From Felis catus (Eukaryota), in NCBI RefSeq assembly GCF_018350175.1, contig NC_058383.1:27406001-27470000 (forward strand): 64,000 nucleotides of DNA, read 5' to 3'. Each line of letters opens with the position of its first letter. The first letter of the stretch is position 1. The notes beneath the pieces were generated by a model. It was not told the origin of the DNA. It searched no databases and saw only the letters and a list, made by a program, of their open reading frames with translations. Of this stretch, positions 12,001-23,923 are shown in pieces. A program made the translations under genes and the position numbers.

Positions 12001-12900
12001 GAAAAAAAACAGTTTCTTCAACAAATGATGTTGGGAAAACGGGACAGTCCCATGCAAAAGAACGAAACTGGACCAGATTCTTACACCATACACAAAAACA
12101 AATTCAAAATGGATTAAAGACCTAAATGTGAAATCTGAAACCATAAAACTCCTAGAAGATAACACAGGCAATAACTTCTTTGACATTGGCCGTAGTAGCC
12201 TCTTTCTAGATAGGTCTTCTAAGGCAAGGGAAGCAAATGTAAAAATAAACTGTTGGGACTGCATCAAAATAAAAGCTTCTGCACAGCAAAGGAAACTATT
12301 AACAAAACTAAAAGGCAACCTGTTGAATGACAGCTCTCTGTAAATGACCTATCTGATAAAGGGTTAATATCCCAACTATATGACACACTTATAAAACTCA
12401 GTACCCGAAAAACAAATAATGCAATTAAAAAATGGGCAGAAGACATGAACAGACATTACTCCAAACAAGACACACAGATGGCCAACAGACACATGGAAAG
12501 ATGCTCAACATCTCTTATCATCGGGAAAATGCAAATCAAAACTACAATGAGATACCACCTTACACCCGTCAGAATGGCTAAACTAAACAACACAAGAAAC
12601 AACAGGTGTTGGTGATGATGTGGAGAAAGGAGAACCCTCTTACACTGCTGATGGGAATGCAAACTGCTGCAGCCACTGTACAAAATAGTATGGAGGTTCC
12701 TCAGAAAATTAAAAATAAAACAACCATATGATCCAGCCATTGCAATACTAGGTATTTACCCAAACAATACAAGGACACTAATTCAAAGGGATACATGCAC
12801 CTGTATGTTTATAGCAGCATTATTTACAATTTCCAAGATACAGAAGCAGCCCAAGTGTCCACGGCTAGATGAATGGATAAAGAAGATGTGGTATACATAT
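9086..12900 (+). pseudogene. Decayed L1 ORF2 (endonuclease / reverse transcriptase)
   Basis: Fragments in ORFs 8924-9181, 10247-10474, 11433-11738, 12128-12343; many stops and frameshifts plus a SINE insertion. Confidence 0.92.
11209..11429 (-). mobile_element. CAN-SINE inserted in L1 ORF2
   Basis: T tail, (GA)n, ends GAGCCACCCAGGTGCCCC; TGCATTTCT repeated on both flanks. Confidence 0.95.
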
Positions 12901-12914
12901 ATTTTAACTTAAAG

Positions 12915-12916
<2 letters not shown>

Positions 12917-12963
<47 letters not shown>
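12917..12963. repeat. (CA)n microsatellite inside the L1 3' region
   Basis: Seen directly. Confidence 0.97.
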
Positions 12964-12965
<2 letters not shown>

Positions 12966-13129
12966 GGGATATTATTCAGCCATAACAGAAGAAAATCTTT
13001 CCATCTGCTAGAGGATAATGCTAAGTGAAATAAGTCTCAGAAAGACAAATACCAAATACCATATGATTTCACTCATATGTGGAATTTAAGAAACAAAACA
13101 AGAAAAGGGAAAACATACTAGAGAGAGAA

Positions 13130-13132
<3 letters not shown>

Positions 13133-13174
<42 letters not shown>
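13133..13174. repeat. (GA)n microsatellite inside the L1 3' UTR
   Basis: Seen directly. Confidence 0.97.
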
Positions 13175-13175
<1 letters not shown>

Positions 13176-13782
13176 GAAGGAACAGACTCTTAACTCTAAA
13201 GAACAAACTGACGGTTACTGGAGGGGAGAAGGGTGGGGGGGTGGGTGAAGGGGATTAAGAGTTCATTCACTCTTGTGATGAACTCTGAGTGATGAACACT
13301 GAGTCATGTATAGAATTGTTGAATCACTATACCATACAACTGAAACTAACATAACACTGCATGTTAACTAGCCAGAATTAAAATAAAAACTTAAAAAAAA
13401 AATAAAATAAATGGACTCACTCTTTTTCAAGTGGTACATTTACTTGAGAAGGAAACTTGACATCAGCACCCTAGAAGGGAAGGCTGGTTTTCCCTGCCCC
13501 GACTAGAAAATCACTGGAGAAGTAAGTACAGGGAAAATAAGCAAGGCTGTTCTCATTCTAGTTAGTTAGAGAGCAGCCTTTGCTCAAAGGAGAGACCTGC
13601 AAGGTTTGGAGAAGTGTTAAGGTCATTAGCACCTGGATAAGACTTCCTCCCTGGTGCAGAGTAACAAAATAATTGCTTCCCTAAGCACAATTTGCTGAGG
13701 TTAGTATTCAGGCCATACCAGAAACCATGCTGCTTCAACAATGCTATGGGTTTTATACCTGAAGACACACAGGCAGAGGAGT

Positions 13783-14157
13783 TGTTATGAGCTCAGTTGT
13801 GTCTCTCAAAAAGTCATATGTACAAATCCTAACCCCCAGTATCTCAGCAGGTGACTGCATTTGGATTAGGGTCTTTAAAGGGATAATTACATTAAAGTGA
13901 CCTCATTATAGTGGACCCTCATCCAATCTGACCAGTGTCCTCATAAGAGGAAGCATGGACACAGGCATGTACAGAGGGAAAACCGCCCGAAGACACAGGG
14001 AGAAGTTGGACACCTGCAAGACAAGAAGAGACCAGCCCTGCCCTGCTGACACCTTGACCTTGGACATCCACCCTCCAGAATGATGAGAAAATAAATTTGT
14101 TTTTTAAGCCACTCAGCCTGGAGTACTTTGTCATGGGGGTTCTAGCAAACTAATACA
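13783..14157 (+). mobile_element. MaLR solo LTR (MLT1 family)
   Basis: TGTTATG...CCTAACCCCCAGTA..., AATAAATTTGT..TTAAGCCAC, ends AAACTAATACA; TSD GGAGT/GGATT. Confidence 0.9.
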
Positions 14158-15503
14158 GGATTACTAGCCATGGAACCTTGAGCAAGTTACTCTGCCTCTT
14201 GAAGCCTGGGTTTTCTTATCTCTCCAAGATACAGTCTACATTAAGGAATTGTGAAGAGAATAAGAAATATGTCCAACAAGGTTAGTCACCAAAGTTCCTG
14301 GCACAGAATGGGACTCAAAACAGCAACAAAAGCAAAAAGAAAAATAAACAAGAACCCCAAACCACCCCAAATTATTACTATCACTGTAGTCGGAACGCTT
14401 TGTGGACCTTGGAGGACTTGAAGATATTTGCGATCTTTATCGCCAAAGAGATAATCAGGACATAGGAGTCTGGTGCTAAGTACTAAGAGCTCCATCTTCA
14501 ATATGAACCAACTGGAGGGGTGTCAGCAGGGGTGAAGGAAACAACTGGTCATTCCTCTTGCCTCTTCCCCAAAGTTATCCAGATGTTTTAAAACCACCCA
14601 GTTACAGGGTCCACCTCCCTCTTCCCCCACGCAACTCCTTCATTGGGATGGCCATTTCCCTTGCCCTCACCCCACCCCCGTGCCATCTTTCGGTGTGTTT
14701 TGGGACCCCTTACACACCCATCCCTACAGACCCCCTAAGCCCTTACCCGGGCCTCACCGTTTGCAAACTGTAGAGCCAGGCTTTGACCCCAGGCTTACAT
14801 AATCCTTGACATGTCCCAGGAGTCACAGACCAACTAGAAGAGGACTTTGGCTTGCCAAATATAATAATGACCCGCCCATTACTCATAATTTCTAATCATT
14901 AATTAAAGTGATGAATGATTAAGTATAATGTGGAGTTCTTACGGACACAGTAATGGTGGTTATGGTGTCTGTTTCCTGAGCACTTGTCATGTGCCTGCAC
15001 CGCACACACACATATGAGCCTTCTGATTCCTCTGAACAGCATGTCCATGTCGATGGTTTTATTGCACCCATTTCATGCACAAGGGCACTGGATTGTGGGG
15101 AGCCCCGTGTTAGAGCCCACACATCCACTGTTCGATCGATTCTGACAAAGACCAGGGGGCAGGGAATGAAAAGGTGAAGGTGATATTGGAGAGGAGAGAA
15201 AAGGCACAGGGAAGCCTTTTTCTTACCTCCTCATGCATCCCCTGCACAACAGCAGGACTGTATCTTCCAAATTTCTCTGCTTCCTGACATTCGGCAAACC
15301 CTTCACCCTGGAACTGGGGCAATCCATAACGATCCTCTAGCCAGTGTTCCCCTGATCTATCCCAGCTGGGTTAGTTTGCCAGAGCTGCCTTAACAAAGGG
15401 CCACAACCTGAGCAGCTTAAACAAAGGCATCACCTCCAGATACCATCACATGGCGGGGGAGGGGGGGGGGATGGGGGGGGTAGGGCTTCAACATATTTGG
15501 AGG

Positions 15504-16550
15504 TATGACATAACAGACAATGTATATATGGGTCTCTGCCCCTGGTTCTTAGCACAGAGCTCCTAAAACCCTTGTAATTTCTTAAGTGGTAAGAGCACTA
15601 GGACATCCTCTGTTCTATTGAGGTGATTCGGGTGGGCTCCTGGATGGGGGCTGGTCACCAGAAAGATCAAGGCACTGGGGCACCTGCGTGCCTCAGTCGG
15701 TTAAGCATCCGACTTCGGCTCAGGTCATGATCTCACGGTTTGTGAGTTCAAGTGCTGACAGCTCAGAGCCTGGAGCCTGGTTCAGATTCTTTGTCTCCCT
15801 CTCTCTCTGCCCCTCCTTTGCTTCTGCTCTGTCTCTCTCTTTCTTTCTCTCTCTCTCTCTCTCTCTCAAAAATAAATACGTGTAAAAAAATTTTTTTAAT
15901 AATAAAAAAAAAGACCAAAGCATGAGTAGAAGCTTGGACTTTCCAGAGAGGGGAGAGGAGCAGAAACATAGTAATTGATCATGCCTACTTGATCAACCAA
16001 CCAGTATGGGTTTTAGGAGTTTCCAGGTTAGGGAGCATATCCATGTACCAAGGGAGTGACACACCCCAATTCCAGTGGGACAGAAACTCCTGTGCTTGGG
16101 ACCCTCCCAGATCTCACCTGATAGATCTCTTCATCTGACTGTCTGTGTACTTTATCAGACCCTTTAACAAACTGGTTGATGTGTTTCCCTATGTTCTGTG
16201 AGTTGTTCTGGAAAATAATGGAATCTAAGTGGGGGGAGGTCATAGGAACCTCTGATTTATAGCCAAGTGGGACAGAAGTTGTGGGTAATCTGGGGACTTA
16301 CTACTTGTGATTGGCTTCTCAAGTGGGGAGGGGAGGCAGTCTTGCGGGACTTAGCCCTTAACTTGTGGGATGTGACGCTACCTCCAGGTCCACAGTATCA
16401 GCATTGGGTTAAGTTGCAGGACACCCAGCTGGTGTTGCAGAATTGCTTGGTGTGGGAAGAGTCCCCACACATCTGGTGTCAGAAGTGTTATGCGGTAGTT
16501 GTGTGAGAGCAAAGGAGACACACAGGAGGAGGACTGGGGCTTTCCTTTGT
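15504..16550 (+). mobile_element. ERV solo LTR, MER21-like
   Basis: GGTCTCTGCCCCTGGTTC..CACAGAGCTCCTAAAACCCTTG..., GGGACCCTCCCAGA, CCCCACACATCTGGTGTCAGAAGTG match recalled MER21 features. Confidence 0.7.
15677..15909 (+). mobile_element. CAN-SINE with a small internal deletion, inside the MER21-like LTR
   Basis: Head, (CT)n, A tail; TSD AAAGATCAAGGCA/AAAGACCAAAGCA. Confidence 0.93.
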
Positions 16551-16702
16551 GGGATGGAGGGATTCCGGGGGGGGGGGGGGGCAGACACCAACATTCAGCC
16601 CATATAATGATGGCCGCTCCTTCCTGTGTCTTTCCCCATCTTCTTTGCTCTGTGTGTCCGTGTCCAAAAAACTTCACTTTTGTAAAGACACCAGTCCTAA
16701 GG

Positions 16703-16914
16703 GGGGACACCTGGGTGGCTCCATCGGTTGAGCGTCCGAGGTGGGACCAGGTCATCATCTCATGGCTTGTGAGTTCGAGCCCCACATCAGTCTTGCTGCT
16801 GTCAGCGTAGAGCCCATTTTAGACCCTCTGTCCCTCTCTCTCCCTGCCCCTCCCCTGCTCATTCTTGCTGTCTCTCTGCCTCTCTCTAAAAAATAAATAC
16901 AACATTAAAAAAAG
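16703..16914 (+). mobile_element. CAN-SINE inside MLT1
   Basis: TSD AAGACACCAGTC(C/A)TAAGG. Confidence 0.93.
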
Positions 16915-17734
16915 AAGACACCAGTCATAAGGGATTAGGGCCCATTCTAATAACCACACTTCAACCTCTGTAATGACTCTCTTTCCAAATAAGGTCACAT
17001 TCTGAAATGCTGGCATTAGGACTTCAACATATAAATTCTGGGGCAACACCATTCAACCCGTAACACCAGCCTCGTGGATGTGTGTCTTAGGCTATGGACT
17101 TTTCTTGACAGTCCAGACCCACTAGGGTTCAACATCCTTCTCCAATAGGAGAATATCCTTCAATCCAACCCAAACCTTCTCCTCTCACAGTTTAAGGTAA
17201 TTGCCTTTCAATCTCCTAAAATAACAATATTCTCTCCTTTCTGTTTTGAGCCTTGAGTTTTGGACTCTTTTTGTAGCTGAACAACCACCCCCCCCCCCAC
17301 CTCCTGCCAATTAAAGGACACAAAGAAAGGGAACTGAGAAGAGACACTGGGGGCAGGGTATTCAAATCATTGTCTTTAGTTCAAAATGTGAGCCAGATGC
17401 TATCAAGGACTGGATAAGGAAGGGTAGGTTCATGGTTGTGGTTCAGAAGCCTGAGAGCTTTGGTTTAAAAATAGGCGAACTGAAATAAACACTGACAGCT
17501 ACTCAGATGGCACCGAAATAGAGTGGTAATTGATCTAATGCAACTTTTGCCTCGGATAACATCATTATTTGTGAAATTATGTCAGTGTTGCTGCTGCCAA
17601 GCCAGCAAGCACTTACAGGACGCGTCTTCTAATTTAGGAATTGGACTATTTGTGGCTCATCTTCCAAGACAGCAGGAACTCAGTGGACACCGGTGGTCAG
17701 ACTTCTGAAAGCGCACAGGTTTGAGCTTGACATC

Positions 17735-18120
17735 TGTAACACTGGTACCCAGAGGAGGCGTCCTGTCCAAGTGCCCCTTTAAGGAGGGACTTGCTACCCA
17801 GCTTTAGGGAGGGTGGCTGGAAAACCGCCTCCAGCTGTCAGTTCCTTCAAGGTCGGCTTTGGCTGCAGAGATCCAGGCTGCAGGTGAGCCCGCACCCTGT
17901 GACTTGGTGAAAAGGGGATTGAGCCAAGGACCCACTTGGGTCACTCTGGTGTGACCCGGTACTTGCTCCAGAGCTAAGACCTGCCTGCCTTGCGATTCCA
18001 TTTTTTACTGCACCTCCAACCTGCTTCTTGCCCCTTCCTTTTCCAGGTGTAGATTCCTAACAAACACTTCATACCCTAGTCTCCAACTCAACATCTGCTT
18101 CTAGAAGACCCGACCTGGAG
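17735..18120 (+). mobile_element. Old ERVL-type LTR remnant (LTR16-like) whose 3' end seeds the tandem array
   Basis: CCTAACAAACACTT...CTCAACATCTGCTTCTAGAAGACCCGACC resembles the LTR16 3' terminus. Confidence 0.5.
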
Positions 18121-18566
18121 CTTCAGCAATGGCCAAAGTTGACCTTTTCCAGGTGTAGATTCCTAACAAACACTTCATACCCTAGCCTCCAACTCAATAT
18201 CTGCTTCTAGAAGACCCGACCAGGAGCTTCAGCAATGGCCAAAGTTGACCTTTTCCGGGTGTAGATTCCTAACAAACACTTCATACCCTAGTCTCCAACT
18301 CAACATCTGCTTCTAGAAGACCCGACCGGGAGCTTCAGCAATTGCCAAAGTTGACCTTTTCCGGGTGTATGTTCCTAACAAACACTTCATACCCTAGCCT
18401 CCAACTCAACATCTGCTTCTAGAAGACCCGACCAGGAGCTTCAGCAATTCCCAAAGTTGACCTTTTCCGGGTGTAGATTCCTAACAAACACTTCATACCC
18501 TAGCCTCCAACTCAACATCTGCTTCTAGAAGACTCGACCGGGAACCTCAGCAATTCCCAAAGTTGA
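18037..18566. repeat. Tandem array, 5 x 106 bp
   Basis: Units start at 18037, 18143, 18249, 18355, 18461 (CCTTTTCC(A/G)GGTGTA...CCAAAGTTGA); few substitutions, no indels. Confidence 0.98.
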
Positions 18567-18819
18567 CATGCGTTTCCATCTGTACCTGTGGCACTCCCAA
18601 ATAAGAGGCTGGAACTATCCCTTCGAGCCCCCGTGGAGCCAGCGGTGGGATTCTCTGGTGGAATTTCATGTCAAAGAATCTTTCAAATTGTTTAGGAATA
18701 AAATACCAGGTTTTCATTTATTTGGCTTACACAAAATAAACACACATACAAGTTATTATTAGAAATGACAGCCATTCCCTTATCCACATTTTTTCTCCAC
18801 AACTGCAGTGATCTGGCTG

Positions 18820-19130
18820 CTGTTTTAGGTACTGCGACCACCATGGTCAATGAGACACACACAGGTTCTCAAGCTCAGGTTCCATGGGAAGAGAGCGACA
18901 GCATACAAATAAATAGTCACGTTAATGAGGAAGTTTAGGTCTTTAAAGCCCATGAAGAAAATAAAACGGGGGATGGTACTGGTGACTGGGGCATGAAAAC
19001 ATTCTTTTGAGAAGGTGGCCGAGGAGGGCCTCTGGAAAGGGTGGCATTAGTGTTGAGGTGTGAAAGACACAGGCAATCCCGGCTTCTGCAGATGAAACTT
19101 TGGCTCTTGGAATGGAAAGGACCCACAAGT
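18820..19130 (-). mobile_element. L2 3' fragment
   Basis: TGTTTTAGGTACTG...ATGAAGAAAATAAAAC...GAGGGCCTCTGGAAAGGGTGGCATT. Confidence 0.6.
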
Positions 19131-21181
19131 CCCTACCCAAAGCTGAATTTAACCGACAGCATCATTGAAAGGATGCAAGGGACCACTCTGCCTATGTGAG
19201 ACGGTCAGCTGGACCACTGACCATCCCCGGGGCCTCCATGGAGACTGAATGAAGAGTTGGATGGACACATAGAGTTGGCCCAGATTGCAAACAGCCCATC
19301 AAAGGGATTCTTAATTCTCACATTCGATTTTTATGTAGAAACGGTGAGGAAAGTGGTGCACCTACTCCCCTGGTTTATGTTATAGGTCAGAGATGACAGG
19401 GTTCCCAATTAGCAGGCATTTAAACAATCCCTTATGATCTTTGCTGGGCTTTCTTGCTTGATTTTTTTTTTTTTTACTTTGTCCAATTCTTGACAACTCG
19501 ATTTAAAAGATCGTTATATTAACTGCAAAGATGAATCAAGGGGTGAGGTCACGTTTCATCCAGGGAAACCCTTTCGTCTTGTGTTCTGTCATTTCCATGC
19601 CCCATAGATGCAGATCTGGGTTTTAAAAAGATCGTTGTATTTCAACATAGTATTCTTCAGGGGGAAAAAGACTGCCTTTCCTTCCAAAACCCAGCTTTGC
19701 CTTCTCATCAAAGGAAGCTTTTGTATCGTGTTTGTCTTACTTGTATCTGGGAGAGCAGCTGGGCTCACAGTCCTACTCCAGCTGAAGAGAGCCATGGACT
19801 TCATTGTAATCGCTTTGTTGAAATATTTGGAATTGTATAGCAAGAGACTGTTTCTATGTTGCCATAATTTATGACAAAGACCTGAATAAATCCCCAGACA
19901 TGGATTTTCTATAAAATCCATCCTTGTGAAACTTTGTTGCACTGCAAAATGAGAAAGAAAAAAAAAAAAAGAAGAGAGGGAAGGGGGGAAAAGCCCACAA
20001 GATGTGCATAAATCCCTGAGAAGGCCATATCCATTCGTCACATTTACTGGGAAGACATGGATTTTATTTGGATGGAAAAAGAATGAATCATAGTGGTTTT
20101 AGCATCTAACGTGGAGATGGCTTGTGGCATTTCCCTCCGATCTTTCTGCTTCCTCAAGATCAACGGAATATGCAAGGAAGAAGCTTGCAAAGAAAACTTT
20201 CTATCCAGCATAGAATGTTCTGTGTTAGGACGGGCCTCGGGGGATGGAGCGAAATCTCCCTTCTCTGCCCTTTACCAGGACAGTCATTAGTTTGTGAATG
20301 TTTAAGAATACATCATAGTTGCAGCAAGAAGTATATTTTAGTTATTCAAATTCTATTATGTGAGGTGGGTACTGGGGAGAGCGAGAGAGCGAGAGACAGA
20401 GAGAGAAAGTGCAGAGGGATGGGAAGAGAGAGAGGGAGTGAAGAAAGAGAGGGAGGCCAAGGCAAAGGAGGGAGAATCTTTTAAATCATATAGATTATCT
20501 CAATTCTCATGCCACTCATAGCCTGAGAAATCAGGAAAACCTGAGGCTACAGTTCCCTCCTTTTGTCCTTTTGGCTCTTAAGAGTATGAGAGTCTCCCCA
20601 TGCTCAGTGCCAGGCTGCTGTTTTCAGTCACCATGATCCCCTTAAACACCACTCAACCCCGTCATCAGTTGCTCAGCCTAAGACACAGCGGTCTTTTCAA
20701 GATGGAGGGAAAATGCACTGTGTTGGACACACTGAGAAACTACCCACTTCCTCGTGGGTAATCTAAGAGGGATTTTAAATGAAATTATGACTCTGTGATT
20801 GTTTCTTCATATGATGACTTTGGAATCTAACTCTAAGATCCTTTTAAGATTCTTCTCTACTTCTCTACTGGTGAGCAGACAGGGATGAGGGAAGGGTCAC
20901 ATTTTTTTTCATTAATTATTTGCCAAATGCTTACTGAGAATCTCCTCTGTGCCAGACACTGTGTTGAGCTTGGAGGATATTACATGATGACGCAGAGAGA
21001 AATTTCTCTCTGGTCTTATCATGCAAGCACAGAGTTTAAAAGCTGAAAACACCCTTGGAGAATGTAATCTATCAAGAACAATGTTGAGCAACCTTTTGCA
21101 CACAGGACTGCTTTGGAGAAAATAAACATGTTTTCCAGCCACATGCTTCTGGTTCATTCAAAGTGAATTCAAAGTGAAAAT

Positions 21182-21360
21182 GGGGGGGGGGATGGGCTAA
21201 ATGGGTAAGGGGCTTAAGGAATCTACTCCTGAAATCATTGTTGCACTATACAATAACTAACTGAATGTAAATTAAAAAATAAATACATACATTTTCAAAA
21301 AAGTAAATAAACATTACAAAAATGTTTAACTAAAACGAAACAAAGCAAAATAAAATAACA
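21182..21360 (+). mobile_element. Short 5'-truncated carnivore L1 3' end
   Basis: GGGATGGGCTAAATGGGTAAGGGGC..AAGGAATCTACTCCTGAAATCATTGTTGCACTATA plus decayed A tail; TSD CAAAGTGAAAAT at 21170-21181 and 21361-21372. Confidence 0.88.
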
Positions 21361-21709
21361 CAAAGTGAAAATAGTTTTACTGAGTTCCTTGCCAGGAAGG
21401 GGGGCATTCTCAAACTGAGCTTACTTGGTTCAGTAGAAGGCCATCAATAAATGATTTGACATTGCTTTTTGGCCACCCAAAGGCTAATATTTGGGTATAT
21501 TTGAGAAGTAGGCCCATGGAGTTGGCTTTCAAATGGTTCAGTTTGAAATTAGATCAGGGACTTTATCCCCAAGTTTAGGCAGGTCACACGTGGCCCAGAG
21601 ACTGGTTACTTATCCTGGCGGGTAGTGAGTGGGATGCTGCCGTCGATTCCACTTTTCATCCTCCCCAGCACATTGTACAATAACTGGGTCCCTCTCCTGG
21701 CTTACAGAT

Positions 21710-22110
21710 CTGTGTTACATAGAACTCTTTTGATTGCAAGAGACCAAAAGAAAAATTATGGAAACAGAAGGCGGGATGTAAAATTTCACATTAATTCAAA
21801 AGCCCAGGTGTTAGTATCAGGCATGGCAGAAGTCAGATGTTCAAGTAATTTAATCGGCACTTGACTTTTCCCTTTTCTCAACTCTGCTCTCCTCTCTGGT
21901 GGCTTCACTCCTAGGCACACTCTCTCTGTGTGTCCCCACAGCCCACTGAGCAGACGCAGGCTTACAGCGTCCCAAATCCAAGGCCGGTAGGAGAGAGTTG
22001 CCTCTCTCTAGGTCACGCCTGCCCCAGTTCTAGAATTAGAGCTGATGGGCTCTAGTCTCAGAGGTCTCACTGGCCAGGATGGGTCAGAGTCACATAAACC
22101 ATATGGACAG
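21710..22110 (-). mobile_element. Old MaLR LTR remnant (MLT1J/K-like)
   Basis: TTGATTGCAAGAGAC...TCAGGCATGGC...TGGCTTCACTCCTAGGCA...TGGCCAGG. Confidence 0.5.
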
Positions 22111-23071
22111 ACAGCGAGGACAGTGATTCTCTAAGGAATACTGGACTGTTATTACTGGATGAAGTGGGGCGGGGGTAGGGGGGACGGGGGGGTGTGATCC
22201 TGGAAACGCAAAGATTCTGTACCATCCTTTCCAACTCATCTGGCTGTTCATCCCTCCACCCACCCATCCACCCATTCACCCACCCACATATCGATCCATC
22301 CACTCAGCCACCCAGTCACCCACATAACTAGCTAGCTAGTGACTGGTCTTCCCTTTATTGTAGAAAGCAATTCAACTTTCAGTGCATGGCATATCAGGGG
22401 TTTCAAGACTGTTTTTTCGAAAATAAATGCATACATGAATTTCATCTTATTCTCATTTTGTACACCATAAAAAGGCATATCACAATGGTTAATGCATAGC
22501 TGGGATCTGTACCCGTCTCTTCGACTATATTTCTCTCAGGCAGATGTTGCCTTGTCTTCTGGGGAGCAGTAGAGTCCCAATAAGGCAGGCGTATTTGAAT
22601 TATTGCCTAAGCACAACAGCATCATACAAGGGTATACTTATCTGTGGTTTTATTAACCAGCGTTCACTTTTATCCCAGAATCATATCCATCTTTTCAAAA
22701 GAAAAGTTTACCCTCATTATAATGCCACATCACAGCAAAAAAGCCCCAACTGTAAATAACAATTTTAATGTCAAAAGCTAGGTACATTCTGTTATTGTGC
22801 TTAGCTTTAATCCCTGAAGCTACTAACCAAACTACTGAAGTATGCCTCAAAATATATGTGTCTTAATAAGGCTTTAGAGATGACCATGATATTGATGGAG
22901 AGAATTAGAATAGAGGGCACCTGGAATAATTCCATGAGAAATGCCTTAGTATGGACTCAACATAGTTTAAAGTTAAAGAGAATGAGAGGTGGGGGAGGGG
23001 GTCAAATACGCTTTCACCATCATCTTTAAGATTTTTTCGCAAATCTCTCTCCCTCCCTCTTTATCTTTCCA

Positions 23072-23112
<41 letters not shown>

Positions 23113-23126
23113 CATCTATCTATATC
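23072..23126. repeat. (TATC)n tetranucleotide STR
   Basis: About 10 perfect units plus an interrupted extension. Confidence 0.96.
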
Positions 23127-23324
23127 TTTTTTTGCCAAATTTAAGTGCCTTATAAGCCCAGGCTACTTGATACATGTTTTATCTTGACTGTAGCTGTGTT
23201 ATAGTGTTTTGTACCCAAGGATTCCAAGGTGTGAGTTTAGCATGGAATTAACGACTGACTGTTGATTTCTTTACATTGTTTAAAGGAAAGAGAAAAAAAG
23301 TGATTGGGAGTTAGGACTCTTTGG

Positions 23325-23440
23325 TTCATTCATTTGCTCAACAAACATTAACTGAGCACCTACTCAGTGCCAGGCACTGTTCTGGTATACAACAGGGAAT
23401 GAAGCAAACAGACATAAATCCTTTCTTTTATGGAATTTAG
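23325..23440 (-). mobile_element. L2 3' terminus
   Basis: TTCATTCATTTGCTCAACAAACATTAACTGAGCACCTACTCAGTGCCAGGCACTG. Confidence 0.8.
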
Positions 23441-23544
23441 ACACCTCAGTGCCAGTTTCTGTCATTAAGGAGTGACTTACATTTTGCTACAACAATTGCC
23501 CTCTGTGGGCATCTGCTTTTCAGTTTGTCATATAAGACAAACTC

Positions 23545-23810
23545 TCAACATCGAGCAAGAGAGAGGAACAGCTTAAAGAACTAGGCTTGGGAAAGGGAAC
23601 ACCCAGAGGACAGGGTACCTATGTTCAAACACTGAGAAAGATCTCCTGTTTATGGGCGAGGATACTTGATCTGTGTGGCTCCCTAGGTAGAATGAGGAGC
23701 AGTGGAGACAGAGCATAACCACATAGAAATAGCTCATGAGGTAGTGAGTTCTCTCTTACTAAAAGTGTGCAACAAGAGGTTGGAAATGAACTTGGCAAGA
23801 ATGCCAGAAA
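23545..23810 (+). mobile_element. L3/CR1 3' remnant
   Basis: AAAGAACTAGG...TTCAAA...CATGAGGTAGTGAGTTCTCTCTTACTAAAAGTGTGCAACAAGAGGTTGGA. Confidence 0.55.
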
Positions 23811-23923
23811 AGGGTAGGTATCAGGCTTCTAAGCACCCTTCCAAGTATGAGTGTATAAGCATAGTTAACACTACTCTCCACCATCTTGGTTCTGCGCCAT
23901 TTGGCTCATAGGACTTCCATGTT

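Larger units (their letters stand above)
9086..13407 (+). mobile_element. Carnivore LINE-1, 5'-truncated at the start of ORF2, inactive
   Basis: ORF2 motifs EWLKKQDPSICSLQETH (endonuclease), [28 protein letters not shown], LFEDDT (decayed FADD, 11078-11095), YLGINLTKEVK; 3' UTR, poly-A; TSD TAAATGGACTCA(A/C)TCTT at 9069-9085 and 13408-13424. Confidence 0.97.
15367..17065 (-). mobile_element. MaLR solo LTR (MLT1) carrying nested insertions
   Basis: TGGGTTAGTTT...CTTAAACAA at left, TCCAAATAAGGTCACATTCTGA...CAACCCGTAACA at right; perfect TSD CCAGC at 15362-15366 and 17066-17070. Confidence 0.85.

Noticed and set aside
9255..12740. Hydrophobic minus-strand ORFs (e.g. 155 aa at 11851-12318)
   Set aside because: Antisense translations of A-rich L1 sequence
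9086..13407. Active reverse transcriptase/endonuclease gene
   Set aside because: ORF2 has many stops and frameshifts, FADD is mutated to FEDD, a SINE interrupts it, and ORF1 and the promoter are absent
18037..18566. Regular repeats resembling a CRISPR array
   Set aside because: Units are contiguous full-length copies with no unique spacers, there are no cas genes, and the context is mammalian
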